From the IMG/VR virus record IMGVR_UViG_3300045988_173816, positions 1-64,000 of that record: a stretch of 64,000 bases of DNA. One strand, written 5' to 3'. The DNA comes from a virus. Of the stretch, positions 63,116 through 64,000 are shown in pieces (position 1 is the stretch's first letter; the number at the start of each line of letters is the position of its first letter). A model generated the notes under the pieces. The model saw nothing but the letters and a program-made list of their open reading frames with translations, was not told the origin of the DNA and made no database searches. Both the position numbers and the translations under genes were made by a program.

Positions 63116-63508
63116 ATGACAATAATTTTCACAAAAGCAGACATAGAGTCAATGTATATGACTCTTGAAAAATTAGGTTCAACCTTTGATGAAAAGCAAT
63201 TGCAGTTTAAATTAGATGTCTTAAAAGCACGTGGTTTTTACATTGTAGATATTTCTTTGGTATCTTCTCATGTAGGTTCAACTTTCAATACAAATACTTA
63301 TCTTATTCGAGTTGTAAAACCTAAGTACGAAGTTAAAATTGAAAACCAGAACTATGATTCTGATACTAATAATTGGACTTCAACAGGTTCTAAATCGGTA
63401 GGTCTTTATTCTTCGCAGGAGGTTGCTCAAAGGGTTGTTGACAATAAAAAGAAAGATGGTTTCAAAGCAACTATGGTAGTTCATAGTCCTTTAGATTTGC
63501 CTTTATAA
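63116..63508 (+). CDS. hypothetical protein (130 aa)
   Basis: The ATG at 63116 sits behind AAGGA; the ATG at 63098 is an alternative. Confidence 0.6.
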   Translation: MTIIFTKADIESMYMTLEKLGSTFDEKQLQFKLDVLKARGFYIVDISLVSSHVGSTFNTNTYLIRVVKPKYEVKIENQNYDSDTNNWTSTGSKSVGLYSSQEVAQRVVDNKKKDGFKATMVVHSPLDLPL

Positions 63509-63524
63509 GACAAAAGGGGTTTTT

Positions 63525-64000
63525 ATGGTGTTTTACACTGACTTAAATCATCATCAACGTAGTTTAGTAGATTTAGGGTTGATTTTACATGTTGTTTATA
63601 CTTTAAGCAACTTACCCTCTCTAAGTGAAGTTTCTTCTTGTATCAATGTAACTACTGAAGGCTTACATAAACATATTATTTACACAGATGAATACGGAAA
63701 CTGTTTAGAATTTGAGCTTTCAACGAAGATTTGTTCTTCTAAAGCTAATCAAGTTATACGGTTTATGGCTTTTCACTTTTATCATGTTTGCTTTCCAGAT
63801 AATAAATTAACTGTTGATTTAGGAGGACAAATATTGAGAAGTTCTGATATTTCTTTTAAATTAACAGAGTTTATTTGGTATAAAATCTTTGGGGAGTCTT
63901 CTCTTCTCATGAAGAGATTGTTGTTTAGCAGAGATGATTTTCTTGCTTGTTTAAACAAGGATGATACCGAATTAGAGGTACTGATTCAAACTTATGTAGA
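63525..64000 (+). CDS. hypothetical protein, 3'-truncated by the window edge
   Basis: ATG behind RBS AAAGGGG; the frame stays open to the end of the window; absent from the track because no stop is reached. Confidence 0.6.
   Translation, partial: MVFYTDLNHHQRSLVDLGLILHVVYTLSNLPSLSEVSSCINVTTEGLHKHIIYTDEYGNCLEFELSTKICSSKANQVIRFMAFHFYHVCFPDNKLTVDLGGQILRSSDISFKLTEFIWYKIFGESSLLMKRLLFSRDDFLACLNKDDTELEVLIQTYV

Noticed and set aside
1-64000. Genome-wide stop-codon reassignment as the explanation for in-frame stops at 24925 (TGA), 25260 (TAA) and 52342 (TAG)
   Set aside because: The three cases use three different stop codons. All three codons also terminate many well-delimited ORFs here, immediately followed by RBS-ATG of the next gene. 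No tRNA with a stop-complementary anticodon was found.

Overview
This is a 64-kb, low-GC (about 35% by eye) segment in which every credible gene lies on the + strand. The content fits the early, replication and accessory region of a large phage or phage-plasmid of a low-GC Gram-positive coccus. Supporting genes are a YSIRK-like/LPXTG adhesin, a PcsB-like CHAP hydrolase, YopX, MazG, DUF1653-like and Cse60-like ORFs, Mre11/Rad50-like genes, a clamp-like ORF and a TOPRIM primase-like ORF. No virion genes were recognised. There are about 95 tightly packed ORFs, including several shorter than 60 aa that the ORF track misses. About 20 host-type sigma-70 promoters (TTGACA-17-TGnTATAAT) are present, often fused to terminator hairpins. 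RNA genes comprise 8 canonical tRNAs, a tmRNA and several aberrant tRNA-like elements. Four TnpB-family genes occur: an IS607-like tnpA-tnpB pair, an IS605-type tnpB with foreign composition, and two tandem TnpB/Cas12-like ORFs of 482 and 424 aa. Each of the tandem ORFs is followed by a small CRISPR-like array with degenerate repeats, and the 424-aa protein lacks the RuvC-III/zinc-ribbon part. Three ORF-poor islands (0.1-1.3, 9.0-10.4 and 35.6-36.9 kb) carry hairpin families with conserved loops and covarying stems, plus a shared sequence box. The most unusual global signal is a strand-specific, evenly spaced GGTATC motif, with about 100 copies on + and about 6 on -. All calls come from manual reading of the sequence and ORF track. 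No searches or folding programs were run, and counts are by eye.
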